Shown piece after piece: positions 46,754 through 54,763 of a stretch of 64,000 bases of DNA. The DNA lies in IMG/VR virus record IMGVR_UViG_3300031541_000022, positions 41,155-105,154 of that record; one strand, 5' to 3'. Below the pieces are notes generated by a model. The model was not told where the DNA came from, searched no databases, and worked only from the letters and a program-made list of their open reading frames with translations. A program made the position numbers and the translations under genes. This stretch comes from a virus. Position 1 is the first letter of the stretch. Each line of letters starts with the position of its first letter.

Positions 46754-47056
46754 ATGCGAGAATTTCCCTGTAAACTAATCCGAGTTGTCAACGGCAACAC
46801 GGTTGAAGCTACTTTTGACCTTTGCTTCGGGGTCTATATGCCTATGAATATTAGGCTTTACGGAGTTGAGCAGACTGATGAGGCAATGGGAGCCCTCATC
46901 AAATTACTGCCACGTGAGTTTATCTGCGAAACCACATACAACCGTCGCGGCAAGGCAGGCCGTTGCTTGGGACAGATCTACAAGGTCGAACCAGACGGAA
47001 CTAAAATAAATATCAACGAACTATTGATAGATCATGGATATGGCTTAAAAACCTGA
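46754..47056 (+). CDS. SNase/thermonuclease-fold protein, probably inactive
   Basis: RVVNGNTV, IRLYGVE, GRCLG; start at ATG 46754 with SD GAGGA. Confidence 0.6.
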   Translation: MREFPCKLIRVVNGNTVEATFDLCFGVYMPMNIRLYGVEQTDEAMGALIKLLPREFICETTYNRRGKAGRCLGQIYKVEPDGTKININELLIDHGYGLKT

Positions 47057-48549
47057 TGAAATTTATATTTGGTATTTGGACAGCGATCGTCGCTCTGGCG
47101 GTCAGCGTAGTTGCTGCATACTACAGTATCGTGGGACTTACTGCGATCTTCGCTGCGGCTGTCATTCCAATCATTATCATGGGTGTAACACTTGAAGTTG
47201 CCAAAGTCACCGCAGCAATATATCTGCATAGCTTTTGGGAACAAACAAGCTTCTTGATCAAATTATACCTTGTGCCCGCTGTGGTTATACTCATGTTGAT
47301 TACAAGCATGGGTATCTTTGGCTTCCTGTCCAAAGCACATATTGAACAAGCTGCTAGCAGTGGTGGCTTGGTAGCACAAATTGAGCGTATAGACGAAAAT
47401 GTGTTGCGTCAGCAGCAAATTATCGAACGTGCCAATGTAACAATAGAAGGCTTTGGAGAGCGTGTCGCTGAGGCAGACACGGATATACAAGGTCGTATTG
47501 AAGCGCAGGAACGTATTATTGCTGATACAAGTACACGCTTAGAACGTGACATTGCCGTGCAAAATGAACTAATTGCACAGCAGAACGGCAATCTTCAGCC
47601 GCTACAAGAAGAACTAGATCGTATTAGAACACAACGAGACGAGCTATCAGCAGCACAAGCGGCTAATGATGTTCGTGCACTACAAGCACTGGTTGGCGCA
47701 GATGTAGATGGTGTGTTGGGCAGTCAGACACGTCAGCGTATTGCTGAATTTGGCTCCGCACTGGATGTACGTCAGCGTGAAATACTAGACAGACTAGACG
47801 CAGCGGCAGCGACAGAAAACCCTGCCGTGACCGCCGCCCGTGCCGAGATAACACGCCTACAACAGTCAGCAAATGCCGAGATTGCACGAGCACAAGACGC
47901 CATCCAAGCGTTCCGCACACAGCTAATCAATGTCACAACAGTGGACAACACAGCAGATATTGCAGCACAGGAAGACGTTATCAACCAAGCAAACGAACAG
48001 ATTGGTACACTGCTAGATCAAAAGTTTGAATTGGAAGGTGAGTTGCGCGTGTTGGAAGCTGAGGTTGGGCCAGTGCGTTATATTGCAGAGCTCATTTACG
48101 GTGAGACTAACAAAGAGTTGCTAGAAGAAGCAGTGCGTTGGGTTATCATTGTATTGGTTCTAGTATTTGATCCACTTGCTATTGTGCTCATTCTAGCAGG
48201 CATTGCACTGTTACGTCCAGAAGACACAGAACCTGTTGACAAAGCAGCAAAAATACCGCATAATGAGGAAACATCAGAAGGACCGGAAACACGAGTTCAA
48301 TCAGACGAGACAGATAACCTACCTAAAGAGAACGAAGAACGCGCCCCGGACTTAACAGTAGAAGTTACCGCTAAAGAAACAGCGGAACCGTTATCAGAAA
48401 CGCAGAAGGATATAGAGCAAAGCGCGAGCCCGTTAGACACTCAAGACGCACATGATAGGGCACCTTTTGCAAAAGCTAACCCTCACGCACCTCCAGGAGA
48501 GGTTCTAGTGAAGGGACACACATTCAACAGGTCACCAGATGAAAACTAA
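47056..48549 (+). CDS. Multi-pass membrane protein with long coiled coil
   Basis: Several N-terminal hydrophobic helices, long heptad region, internal DGVLGSQT, one C-terminal TM, acidic tail. Confidence 0.75.
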   Translation: MKFIFGIWTAIVALAVSVVAAYYSIVGLTAIFAAAVIPIIIMGVTLEVAKVTAAIYLHSFWEQTSFLIKLYLVPAVVILMLITSMGIFGFLSKAHIEQAASSGGLVAQIERIDENVLRQQQIIERANVTIEGFGERVAEADTDIQGRIEAQERIIADTSTRLERDIAVQNELIAQQNGNLQPLQEELDRIRTQRDELSAAQAANDVRALQALVGADVDGVLGSQTRQRIAEFGSALDVRQREILDRLDAAAATENPAVTAARAEITRLQQSANAEIARAQDAIQAFRTQLINVTTVDNTADIAAQEDVINQANEQIGTLLDQKFELEGELRVLEAEVGPVRYIAELIYGETNKELLEEAVRWVIIVLVLVFDPLAIVLILAGIALLRPEDTEPVDKAAKIPHNEETSEGPETRVQSDETDNLPKENEERAPDLTVEVTAKETAEPLSETQKDIEQSASPLDTQDAHDRAPFAKANPHAPPGEVLVKGHTFNRSPDEN

Positions 48550-48976
48550 AAATTCGGTGTATACCGTTACACCGCCGGACCTCACCCTTAACACGATTGG
48601 TCCCAGTGTCTTGCTCTTGGGCATTACATATGATGAGAGCAAAGCATACTCAGATGTATATGAAAAACTTTTTCCTGAAGTTGAAATCACATTCTTTGTG
48701 AGTGAGACTGGCTTCAATCCAAATGTTGCTCCTTGGTTCCGCGCAGTTGCAGGAATGGCGAGCAGCATATTTGTAAACCTAGACAACATCACAGCAGAGG
48801 AAGTATTCCTTGCTATGCAAGCTGAACATGAGAACCGTGCTATGGTTTTCTGGATCAGCCAAGAGCGAACCTATCCAGCGATGGTGAGTTTACTCAACAG
48901 TTACCAATACCAAGTTTTCAATAACGTAGAAGAGATTGAATCCTTCTTGCTAAAAGAGCATGGTAAAAACTCTTGA
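48539..48976 (+). CDS. Hypothetical protein
   Basis: Coupled ORF. Confidence 0.7.
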   Translation: MKTKNSVYTVTPPDLTLNTIGPSVLLLGITYDESKAYSDVYEKLFPEVEITFFVSETGFNPNVAPWFRAVAGMASSIFVNLDNITAEEVFLAMQAEHENRAMVFWISQERTYPAMVSLLNSYQYQVFNNVEEIESFLLKEHGKNS

Positions 48977-49001
48977 CATTCGGGTGCAGACATACTACAC
49001 T
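48973..49001 (+). promoter_or_regulatory. Sigma70-like promoter for infC-rpsU
   Basis: TTGACA-17-TACACT. Confidence 0.7.
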
Positions 49002-49040
49002 GAATGACATAGTTGTATTCAGAGGATTAGACCTATTAAT

Positions 49041-49562
49041 ATGAAACAACAGCGAGAAATTATACTCGCTAACCGTGACATTCGATTCAAGGAAGTTCGT
49101 TTAGTTACGGAAGCTGACAGCAAGGTGCTGTCAACGAATGAAGCATTGAGGCAAGCTGAAGACGCTGGCTTAGATCTTATTTTGATCAACGCTAGCGCCA
49201 AGCCTCCTGTTTGTAAGATCTTGGAATTGAACAAGTATCGTTACGAACAGAAACTAAAAGCGAAAGAAGCTGCACGGGCGCAGCGTGAATCCCGTACCAC
49301 TATCAAAGAGGTACAATTCAAGCCCAATATCGATCAACACGACTTCGAAACGAAGTGTAAGAAAATTGCTAAGTTTATCGACAAGGGCAACAAGGTTAAG
49401 GTTTTAATTCAATTTCGTGGTCGCGAACGCCAACACACTGATTTGGGATATGACATCCTAGAAAGAGTATTCCAGGAAGTTGACGGTATTGAATACGATG
49501 CAAAACCCTCTTTTGCTGGTAACCGTATTACCGCAATGTTAAAAGGAACCAAGGATGGCTAG
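49041..49562 (+). CDS. infC: Translation initiation factor IF-3 (possible ATT start at 49035)
   Basis: [24 protein letters not shown]...KYRYE, KEVQF.P.ID.HDF..K, KVK....FRGRE. Confidence 0.92.
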   Translation: MKQQREIILANRDIRFKEVRLVTEADSKVLSTNEALRQAEDAGLDLILINASAKPPVCKILELNKYRYEQKLKAKEAARAQRESRTTIKEVQFKPNIDQHDFETKCKKIAKFIDKGNKVKVLIQFRGRERQHTDLGYDILERVFQEVDGIEYDAKPSFAGNRITAMLKGTKDG

Positions 49563-49800
49563 GCCAACACCAAATCAAAAGAAAACACAAAGCGGACCGC
49601 GCGGCTCAAGAGTCGAAGTCCGTGATAACAATGTAGGGCAGGCAATGCGCCGCCTAAAGAAGATCCTCCAACAGGAAGGTGTCTTCAAAGAGATGCGAGA
49701 ACGCCGTTACTTCGAAAAGCCAAGCATGACACGCAAAAAGGCTAAAGCAGCGGCTCGCAAGCGTTGGCTTAAGGAACAGGCCAAGCGCGAAAACTGGTAA
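49555..49800 (+). CDS. rpsU: 30S ribosomal protein S21
   Basis: [17 protein letters not shown]....EG...E...R.YFEKPS...K..A.RKR. Confidence 0.88.
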   Translation: MARPTPNQKKTQSGPRGSRVEVRDNNVGQAMRRLKKILQQEGVFKEMRERRYFEKPSMTRKKAKAAARKRWLKEQAKRENW

Positions 49801-49811
49801 TAAATACCAGC

Positions 49812-49864
49812 AGGATGCCTTAGGGGTCCTATAAAAATCTTGCTTTTAAAAGGAGATTAAGATG
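49812..49864 (+). ncRNA. ROSE-like RNA thermometer in the hsp20 5' UTR, behind late promoter ATAAATA 49800-49806
   Basis: 5' hairpin 49812-49830; 3' hairpin AATCTTGCTT/AAGGAGATT pairs the UUGCU motif with the SD and leaves G49842 bulged. Confidence 0.75.
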
Positions 49865-50290
49865 ACAAAAGCAATTAACACACTAACTCTACCGAGCTTC
49901 CTCAATGACAGAGGTATTGGATTTGACAACTTTCTTGACACATTCGAGACACTCACTCCAAGCGGTGGATACCCTCCATACAACGTGATTAAAGACGGCG
50001 ACGACGAATACACTATCGAAGTTGCAGTTGCTGGCTTTACACAAGACGATCTGGAGATCACACAGGACGGCAAAAAGCTAATCCTATCTGCAAACAAGCC
50101 AGAGTTCGAAGGCGAAGAGCCTGCATACTTGCATCGCGGCATCAGCTCACGTAGCTTTAAGCGTGAGTTTGCACTTGCAGAACATGTAACAGTCACTGGT
50201 GCTGACCTCAAAGATGGCATCCTCAAAGTTTCATTACTACGTGAATTGCCAGAAGAAATGAAGCCACGCACCATCGCTATCGGCAAATAA
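49862..50290 (+). CDS. hsp20: Small heat-shock protein (Hsp20/IbpA-like)
   Basis: YPPYNV, IEVAVAGF, YLHRGIS.RSF.R.F.LA, A.L.DGIL. Confidence 0.93.
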   Translation: MTKAINTLTLPSFLNDRGIGFDNFLDTFETLTPSGGYPPYNVIKDGDDEYTIEVAVAGFTQDDLEITQDGKKLILSANKPEFEGEEPAYLHRGISSRSFKREFALAEHVTVTGADLKDGILKVSLLRELPEEMKPRTIAIGK

Positions 50291-50360
50291 TTACTGAGCG
50301 ATCATCAGTACCACTGTGGGAGGTGGCTACCACTACCTCCCACAACCAAAAGAGGGCAAT

Positions 50361-50660
50361 ATGTCAGCAGACGCAGACGTAGTCGAAAAAACACAAACCA
50401 AACTCAAGCGTCCACGTAAATGGGCGGTGATTGTACATAACGATGACGTAACTCCAATGGACTTTGTTGTTGGGTTGCTCTTTTACGTATTTAAAATGAA
50501 CCTTGATGAAGCTACAGGACTGATGCTCAAGGTACATCAAGAAGGCCAAGCAGTGGCTGGCATCTTCTCCCATGAGGTTGCAGAACAAAAGCTTGCGGAA
50601 GCCAATGTGTTCATCCGTTTGAGCAACATGCAACTGAAGTTGACTATGGAAGAAGAATAA
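50361..50660 (+). CDS. clpS: ClpS N-degron adaptor
   Basis: VIVHNDDVTPMDFVV...A..LML.VH..G.A..G; start at ATG 50361. Confidence 0.9.
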   Translation: MSADADVVEKTQTKLKRPRKWAVIVHNDDVTPMDFVVGLLFYVFKMNLDEATGLMLKVHQEGQAVAGIFSHEVAEQKLAEANVFIRLSNMQLKLTMEEE

Positions 50661-50661
50661 C

Positions 50662-50687
50662 GCTCGCATAAATATACACATGCGAGC
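50662..50687 (+). promoter_or_regulatory. Late promoter in the loop of a hairpin that sequesters the ATG; leaderless
   Basis: GCTCGCAT(50662-69)...ATGCGAGC(50680-87) perfect 8-bp IR; ATAAATA 50668-74, N5, ATG. Confidence 0.7.
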
Positions 50688-52077
50688 CTTAGAATTTTTA
50701 CTATCAGAAGAACAGGTGACTGAATCGCGCGGCGTAAGTGCAAGACAGCCTGGTGACGTATATGTCAACCCAAACAGCCCTGACGATACACTCACTGTTA
50801 TCGATATCAAATTTGTGCGACCAGAAAACGACTACGCATTTGACAGTCGTGAAGAACTGGAAGGCGCACTAGACCAAGTCATCCCCTCAGACATGAAGCG
50901 TGTAAATGACAACGCAGCTAACAGATTAAGTAAGGCTGCAATTGTTGCTGAGTTTGAACGTCCTGATGGTAGCAAGGAAGCCCATGTCCGTTATGCCAAG
51001 GATCTTATGTCTATGCATAACAAATGGAAGGCTCCAAATGGTTATAAATTCCAAGCAGCAATTGAAACTGAAAGCTTGCCAATCAAGCCAAGCGACATCA
51101 TTCCAGATGAACAGCCACGCAAATTGCTAAAATTGCTTGATGTTATCGATCAAAACCTACGCACCAAGCTAGCAGGCACTCCATATGAACATATGGGTGA
51201 CTTGATTGAACAGGTAATTGACAGCGCAGCAGGTAGCAACAAACCTATTACATTTGAAAACCGTAACCAAGCAGGCATCATTGCAAAATATGCTGGCGAG
51301 TATGCAGGTGTGGTTGCGTTGCTTACCGATAACCTACAAAACCTCAGCAGTGCTGAAATTGAAGAACGTTATGGCGTAAGCAACCTGTCAGATAGTCGTG
51401 TTGTGTTTCCACAAGACAGCACAGGTATGTTGATTGATAGCTATCTCATTACTCCCGAAGACAAGCGTATTGGCGTGAGCAGCAAAATGTTTAAAGCTGG
51501 TGGTGCAGCTAGCAGCCTACTAGGTATCTACAAGATCATGCCACCTGACGTTGCAAAACAATATCCTAAAGGTGCAACTATCATTAAGGACTTGTCTGTG
51601 ATGCCTAGCTTCTCAGTTAGCCCTAAAAATGCTAGTAACCTTGGCCCAGTCATATTGGCACGCCAAATGGGAATTATCAGCGCAGAAGACATTGAAGAGA
51701 TCGAACGCCTATCCCGCCACGAACAAAATCCAGAGGTAATGCAAAGCCATCGACTCAAGCAAATTATTGCTAACCAAGGTGTAAACCCTGGCACTATGAG
51801 TCGACCAGACTACTCTGTCTATAACCATCTTATTGCGGCGATTGTCAACCTCATGGTATCACGAGTCAATAACGAACCTGAATTTGTTGATGTGATTAAC
51901 GCAACACTACGTGAAAACGGATATGTGCAGGTGCTAACCAAGGTTGGCCTCAAGGGTAACCAGGTTACGTTTACCTATTATGGCAAGTTGCCAGACGACA
52001 ATCAACCATTCATCTACAACAAAAATTATTTCGCTACAGGCAATAAAGGACGTATTGGTTTCAAACTCAAGAAGTGA
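50680..52077 (+). CDS. Hypothetical probable head-packaged protein
   Basis: MRALEFL...VTE/SRG N-terminus; late promoter. Confidence 0.75.
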   Translation: MRALEFLLSEEQVTESRGVSARQPGDVYVNPNSPDDTLTVIDIKFVRPENDYAFDSREELEGALDQVIPSDMKRVNDNAANRLSKAAIVAEFERPDGSKEAHVRYAKDLMSMHNKWKAPNGYKFQAAIETESLPIKPSDIIPDEQPRKLLKLLDVIDQNLRTKLAGTPYEHMGDLIEQVIDSAAGSNKPITFENRNQAGIIAKYAGEYAGVVALLTDNLQNLSSAEIEERYGVSNLSDSRVVFPQDSTGMLIDSYLITPEDKRIGVSSKMFKAGGAASSLLGIYKIMPPDVAKQYPKGATIIKDLSVMPSFSVSPKNASNLGPVILARQMGIISAEDIEEIERLSRHEQNPEVMQSHRLKQIIANQGVNPGTMSRPDYSVYNHLIAAIVNLMVSRVNNEPEFVDVINATLRENGYVQVLTKVGLKGNQVTFTYYGKLPDDNQPFIYNKNYFATGNKGRIGFKLKK

Positions 52078-52078
52078 T

Positions 52079-52501
52079 ATGTATACAGGCTTTGTTTATA
52101 AATGGACATACATTCCTACCTCTCATTATTATATTGGGATCCATAAAGGACACATCGACGATGGATATATTGGTTCTGGAAAAAAATTTCAAGCAAAATG
52201 GAAATTAACAGAAGCCAAAGATTGGGTTCGTGATATCCTCTTCAAATGTGAATACCAAGACTGCATCGACTTTGAAGGGAATTCCGTAACAGAAGAAACA
52301 CTCAAAGATACACTTTGTTTAAATTTACAGCCTGGCGGCGGCAAATATTATGAGCCATATGGATTCACGCATAAAGATAAAAGTTATCGCACAAAACCAC
52401 AACAGGTTACAATAAATGGAACGACTTATCCGACACGTATGATGGCAATAAAACGTTTGAAAGTTTCTTTTGCTGAACTTGACGAACTAATAGAATATTA
52501 A
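52079..52501 (+). CDS. Short Seg-like GIY-YIG endonuclease
   Basis: GFVYKWT....YYIGIHKG...GYIGSG...CLNL; start at ATG 52079. Confidence 0.7.
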   Translation: MYTGFVYKWTYIPTSHYYIGIHKGHIDDGYIGSGKKFQAKWKLTEAKDWVRDILFKCEYQDCIDFEGNSVTEETLKDTLCLNLQPGGGKYYEPYGFTHKDKSYRTKPQQVTINGTTYPTRMMAIKRLKVSFAELDELIEY

Positions 52502-52603
52502 GAATACAATTTAGCAAATCGTTACTGAGCTATGCACACAGATGCAGGACGGTATGTTTAATTTGCAGTTGTGAATCCCCTGACTTTATTGTAAATATGT
52601 ATG

Positions 52604-52626
52604 TGCAGGTGCAGCATTTAGCTGCA
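52604..52626 (+). promoter_or_regulatory. TGC-rich operator-like site upstream of the microprotein operon
   Basis: TGC-AGGT-GCAG plus overlapping IR TGCAGC-N5-GCTGCA; TAAATA at 52592-97. Confidence 0.4.
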
Positions 52627-52654
52627 TTTATTTTTGAGCACAAGGAATAAATCA

Positions 52655-52792
52655 ATGTCATTTCTAAAATCACTATTCGTAAACAAAAAAGCCGCACGAA
52701 AAGACATTCGTCGTTACGTAGAGGCAGAATACGCTCCAGTAGAGCGTGAAGCGGCTTATGACCGCCTCATCCGTGAAGCAGGCTTTTTATAA
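52655..52792 (+). CDS. Microprotein A (45 aa)
   Basis: SD AAGGA; MSFLKSLFVNKKAARKDIRRYVEAEYAPVEREAAYDRLIREAGFL. Confidence 0.75.
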   Translation: MSFLKSLFVNKKAARKDIRRYVEAEYAPVEREAAYDRLIREAGFL

Positions 52793-52953
52793 TGGCCCTG
52801 CTTCGTTATTTTAAAGACGTGTTTGGTGACGAACGTTGTATGTCTCGTCGCCAGCGCGATATCGAAAATTACCTAGCCCAATCCGTGGACTTGGTAGATC
52901 TAGAACGCCGCCAACGCGAACTAGATCGTAAGGGAGCGTACCGTTGGCTATAA
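52792..52953 (+). CDS. Microprotein B (53 aa), DUF3563-like
   Basis: TAATG coupling; ...NYLAQSVDLVDLERRQRELDR... resembles the recalled xYL/DLE motifs of DUF3563. Confidence 0.75.
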   Translation: MALLRYFKDVFGDERCMSRRQRDIENYLAQSVDLVDLERRQRELDRKGAYRWL

Positions 52954-53075
52954 TCACGGACTTCCTAACATCATTGCGACGCGCTATCTATGCAGCGAAC
53001 TACCTAGAAGGCGCAACAACTCGACAGGAGTTCGAGCAGCGCGTCGCAACACTACAAGAACAAGGATACATCTAA
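52944..53075 (+). CDS. Microprotein C (43 aa)
   Basis: TTG start after SD AAGGGAG; NYLEGATTRQEFEQR echoes microprotein B. Confidence 0.65.
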   Translation: MAIITDFLTSLRRAIYAANYLEGATTRQEFEQRVATLQEQGYI

Positions 53076-53194
53076 TGAGCTTTTGGAAAAAGATTGAACG
53101 CCTGGGCTACTTGCGCGCCGCAGGTGAAATGAAGCGAAACGGTTACCCCGACCTCGCTGCGGAAATGGAAAAGCAAGCACGTAACTTGAAGTGA
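53075..53194 (+). CDS. Microprotein D (39 aa)
   Basis: TAATG coupling; MSFWKKIERLGYLRAAGEMKRNGYPDLAAEMEKQARNLK. Confidence 0.7.
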   Translation: MSFWKKIERLGYLRAAGEMKRNGYPDLAAEMEKQARNLK

Positions 53195-53219
53195 GCCTTG
53201 CGCTCACTTCCTTCTTTTT
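53191..53219 (+). terminator. Terminator closing the microprotein operon
   Basis: GTGAGC-CTTGC-GCTCAC followed by a pyrimidine/T tract. Confidence 0.6.
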
Positions 53220-53248
53220 GATAAGTAATGGTGAAGAGAGGTAACACT

Positions 53249-53803
53249 ATGTCTATCACCAATTACGAAGGCAAAATACTTATTGCATCACCACAAATCA
53301 CATCCACAATCTTTCGTAAGAGTGTGGTGTATATTCATACACATAACGAGAAAGAAGGGGCAATTGGTGTAATGTTAAACGTCCCTGTTGAGATTGAAGC
53401 GGCTGAAAGATTTTCTCATGATATCAATTGGCCATACCCAGACCGTATCTACCATGGCGGTCCAGTAGACTACCGCATTGGCTACGTTATTCATTCAAAT
53501 GATTATGCACGTGAGTCGTCCATCAAAATCAACGACGATATGAGCTATACAAGTGGACGTCATATTGTAGACGACATCAACCGCGGTGTTGGTCCAAACG
53601 ACTATATCCTAGCAACTGGCTATTGTGGTTGGAAGCCAGGTCAACTTGAAAATGAAGTAGATAGCGGCATGTGGGTAGCAGTTGACTATGACAAAGACTT
53701 CTTCTTCCAGAACCTTGATCGCGAGCACGGACACGAATTTGCAATCAATGTTGCCGCAGAAAATAAAACAAATCAGCTTCTAGATATGGTTGACACAGCC
53801 TGA
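53249..53803 (+). CDS. YqgE/AlgH (DUF179)-family protein
   Basis: GKILIA.P....FRKSVV....H...GAIGVMLN, YHGGPV, G..GW..GQL..E....W. Confidence 0.85.
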   Translation: MSITNYEGKILIASPQITSTIFRKSVVYIHTHNEKEGAIGVMLNVPVEIEAAERFSHDINWPYPDRIYHGGPVDYRIGYVIHSNDYARESSIKINDDMSYTSGRHIVDDINRGVGPNDYILATGYCGWKPGQLENEVDSGMWVAVDYDKDFFFQNLDREHGHEFAINVAAENKTNQLLDMVDTA

Positions 53804-53842
53804 TCACTCTGCTAAAACAATAGTCGCAGTAGGGAGCGACAA

Positions 53843-54001
53843 ATGTTTGAAGTTATCATCCAAAAGAACGATGGAACCAAAGAAACGTGGGATTGTCTCA
53901 CGGAAATACAGGCTGAGTGTGTGTTCTTTCGCGCACGTATGATGAACACCACAGCACAAGTGCAAATCAACGAGGTGATTGAGTTTGACATCATTAGCTG
54001 A
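53843..54001 (+). CDS. Untracked 52-aa hypothetical protein
   Basis: SD GGGAG; MFEVIIQKNDGTKETW... Confidence 0.55.
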   Translation: MFEVIIQKNDGTKETWDCLTEIQAECVFFRARMMNTTAQVQINEVIEFDIIS

Positions 54002-54422
54002 ATCATTTGGCTATGTGCCTATGCGTGTTGATCTCATTATGACTCTGCTCCGTATCCAAGCAGAAAAGGTATTAGATCAATCCAAAAACCACACAGTATT
54101 TGAGCGAATTGAATATTTGACCTATATTGAAAAACAGCGTATTGAACCCGATCGATTTCAAAATGTTTATATGACGGTTTTGTTCATACAGTATTCAAAA
54201 CCACATCTCAAGCGTATTCAAAAATTGACAGCAGAAGATCTTGCTCAAATGTCAAAATCATCTGTATATACAGCAAACTCTATTATTAAACTTACTGGCA
54301 GGAATCCGGTTTATCTTAAAGACCGTGATCTCGGAACTCGTGGTAATATTGACGCCGAACAAAGCCGCGATATTTTTAACGCAGACCTCAATAAGTGGAT
54401 GAAACACTTCCAGGCACGATAA
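53979..54422 (+). CDS. Hypothetical protein (start uncertain)
   Basis: Fills the gap on the coding strand. Confidence 0.55.
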   Translation: MSLTSLAESFGYVPMRVDLIMTLLRIQAEKVLDQSKNHTVFERIEYLTYIEKQRIEPDRFQNVYMTVLFIQYSKPHLKRIQKLTAEDLAQMSKSSVYTANSIIKLTGRNPVYLKDRDLGTRGNIDAEQSRDIFNADLNKWMKHFQAR

Positions 54423-54457
54423 ATACTAGACCCAATAGGGGGAAAAGGAGATTTATC
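54418..54457 (+). promoter_or_regulatory. Late promoter complementary to the sequence just before the ATG
   Basis: GATAAAT(54418-24) pairs with ATTTATC(54451-57); ATAAATA 54419-25. Confidence 0.5.
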
Positions 54458-54649
54458 ATGTTTGACGCAATTTGGGCTTGGCTAATGGCTCGCTGGGCAG
54501 AACGCACAACCTGGGATGGTACAGTAATCATCGGTCTAGGTGTTGTGGTGCTTGTATTCCAATCACTACTACCTTGGGCAGCATGGGGCGCAATCGCTTA
54601 CGGTGTTTGGACCTTACTCAAGTCAGAAGGCATCCTTCCTAAGGAATAA
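54458..54649 (+). CDS. Small two-TM membrane protein
   Basis: SD AAGGAG; ERTTWDG followed by two hydrophobic helices. Confidence 0.7.
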   Translation: MFDAIWAWLMARWAERTTWDGTVIIGLGVVVLVFQSLLPWAAWGAIAYGVWTLLKSEGILPKE

Positions 54650-54650
54650 G

Positions 54651-54755
54651 ATGAAACCTGGCACTTATAAAAAACTGAAGCACGAATTCGGACAGCTCAT
54701 TTTCTGGGCGATTGTGTTCGGAATCGTGCTTCTTGGTCTTGCATTGTTTGCATAA
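54651..54755 (+). CDS. 34-aa single-TM peptide
   Basis: SD AAGGA; basic N-terminus plus hydrophobic helix. Confidence 0.55.
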   Translation: MKPGTYKKLKHEFGQLIFWAIVFGIVLLGLALFA

Positions 54756-54763
54756 ATAATTGC

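Noticed and set aside
50292-50344. Structured ncRNA between hsp20 and clpS (two adjacent hairpins)
   Set aside because: Only about 50 nt, and explained more simply as a terminator or processing/stability element. No known family recognised.
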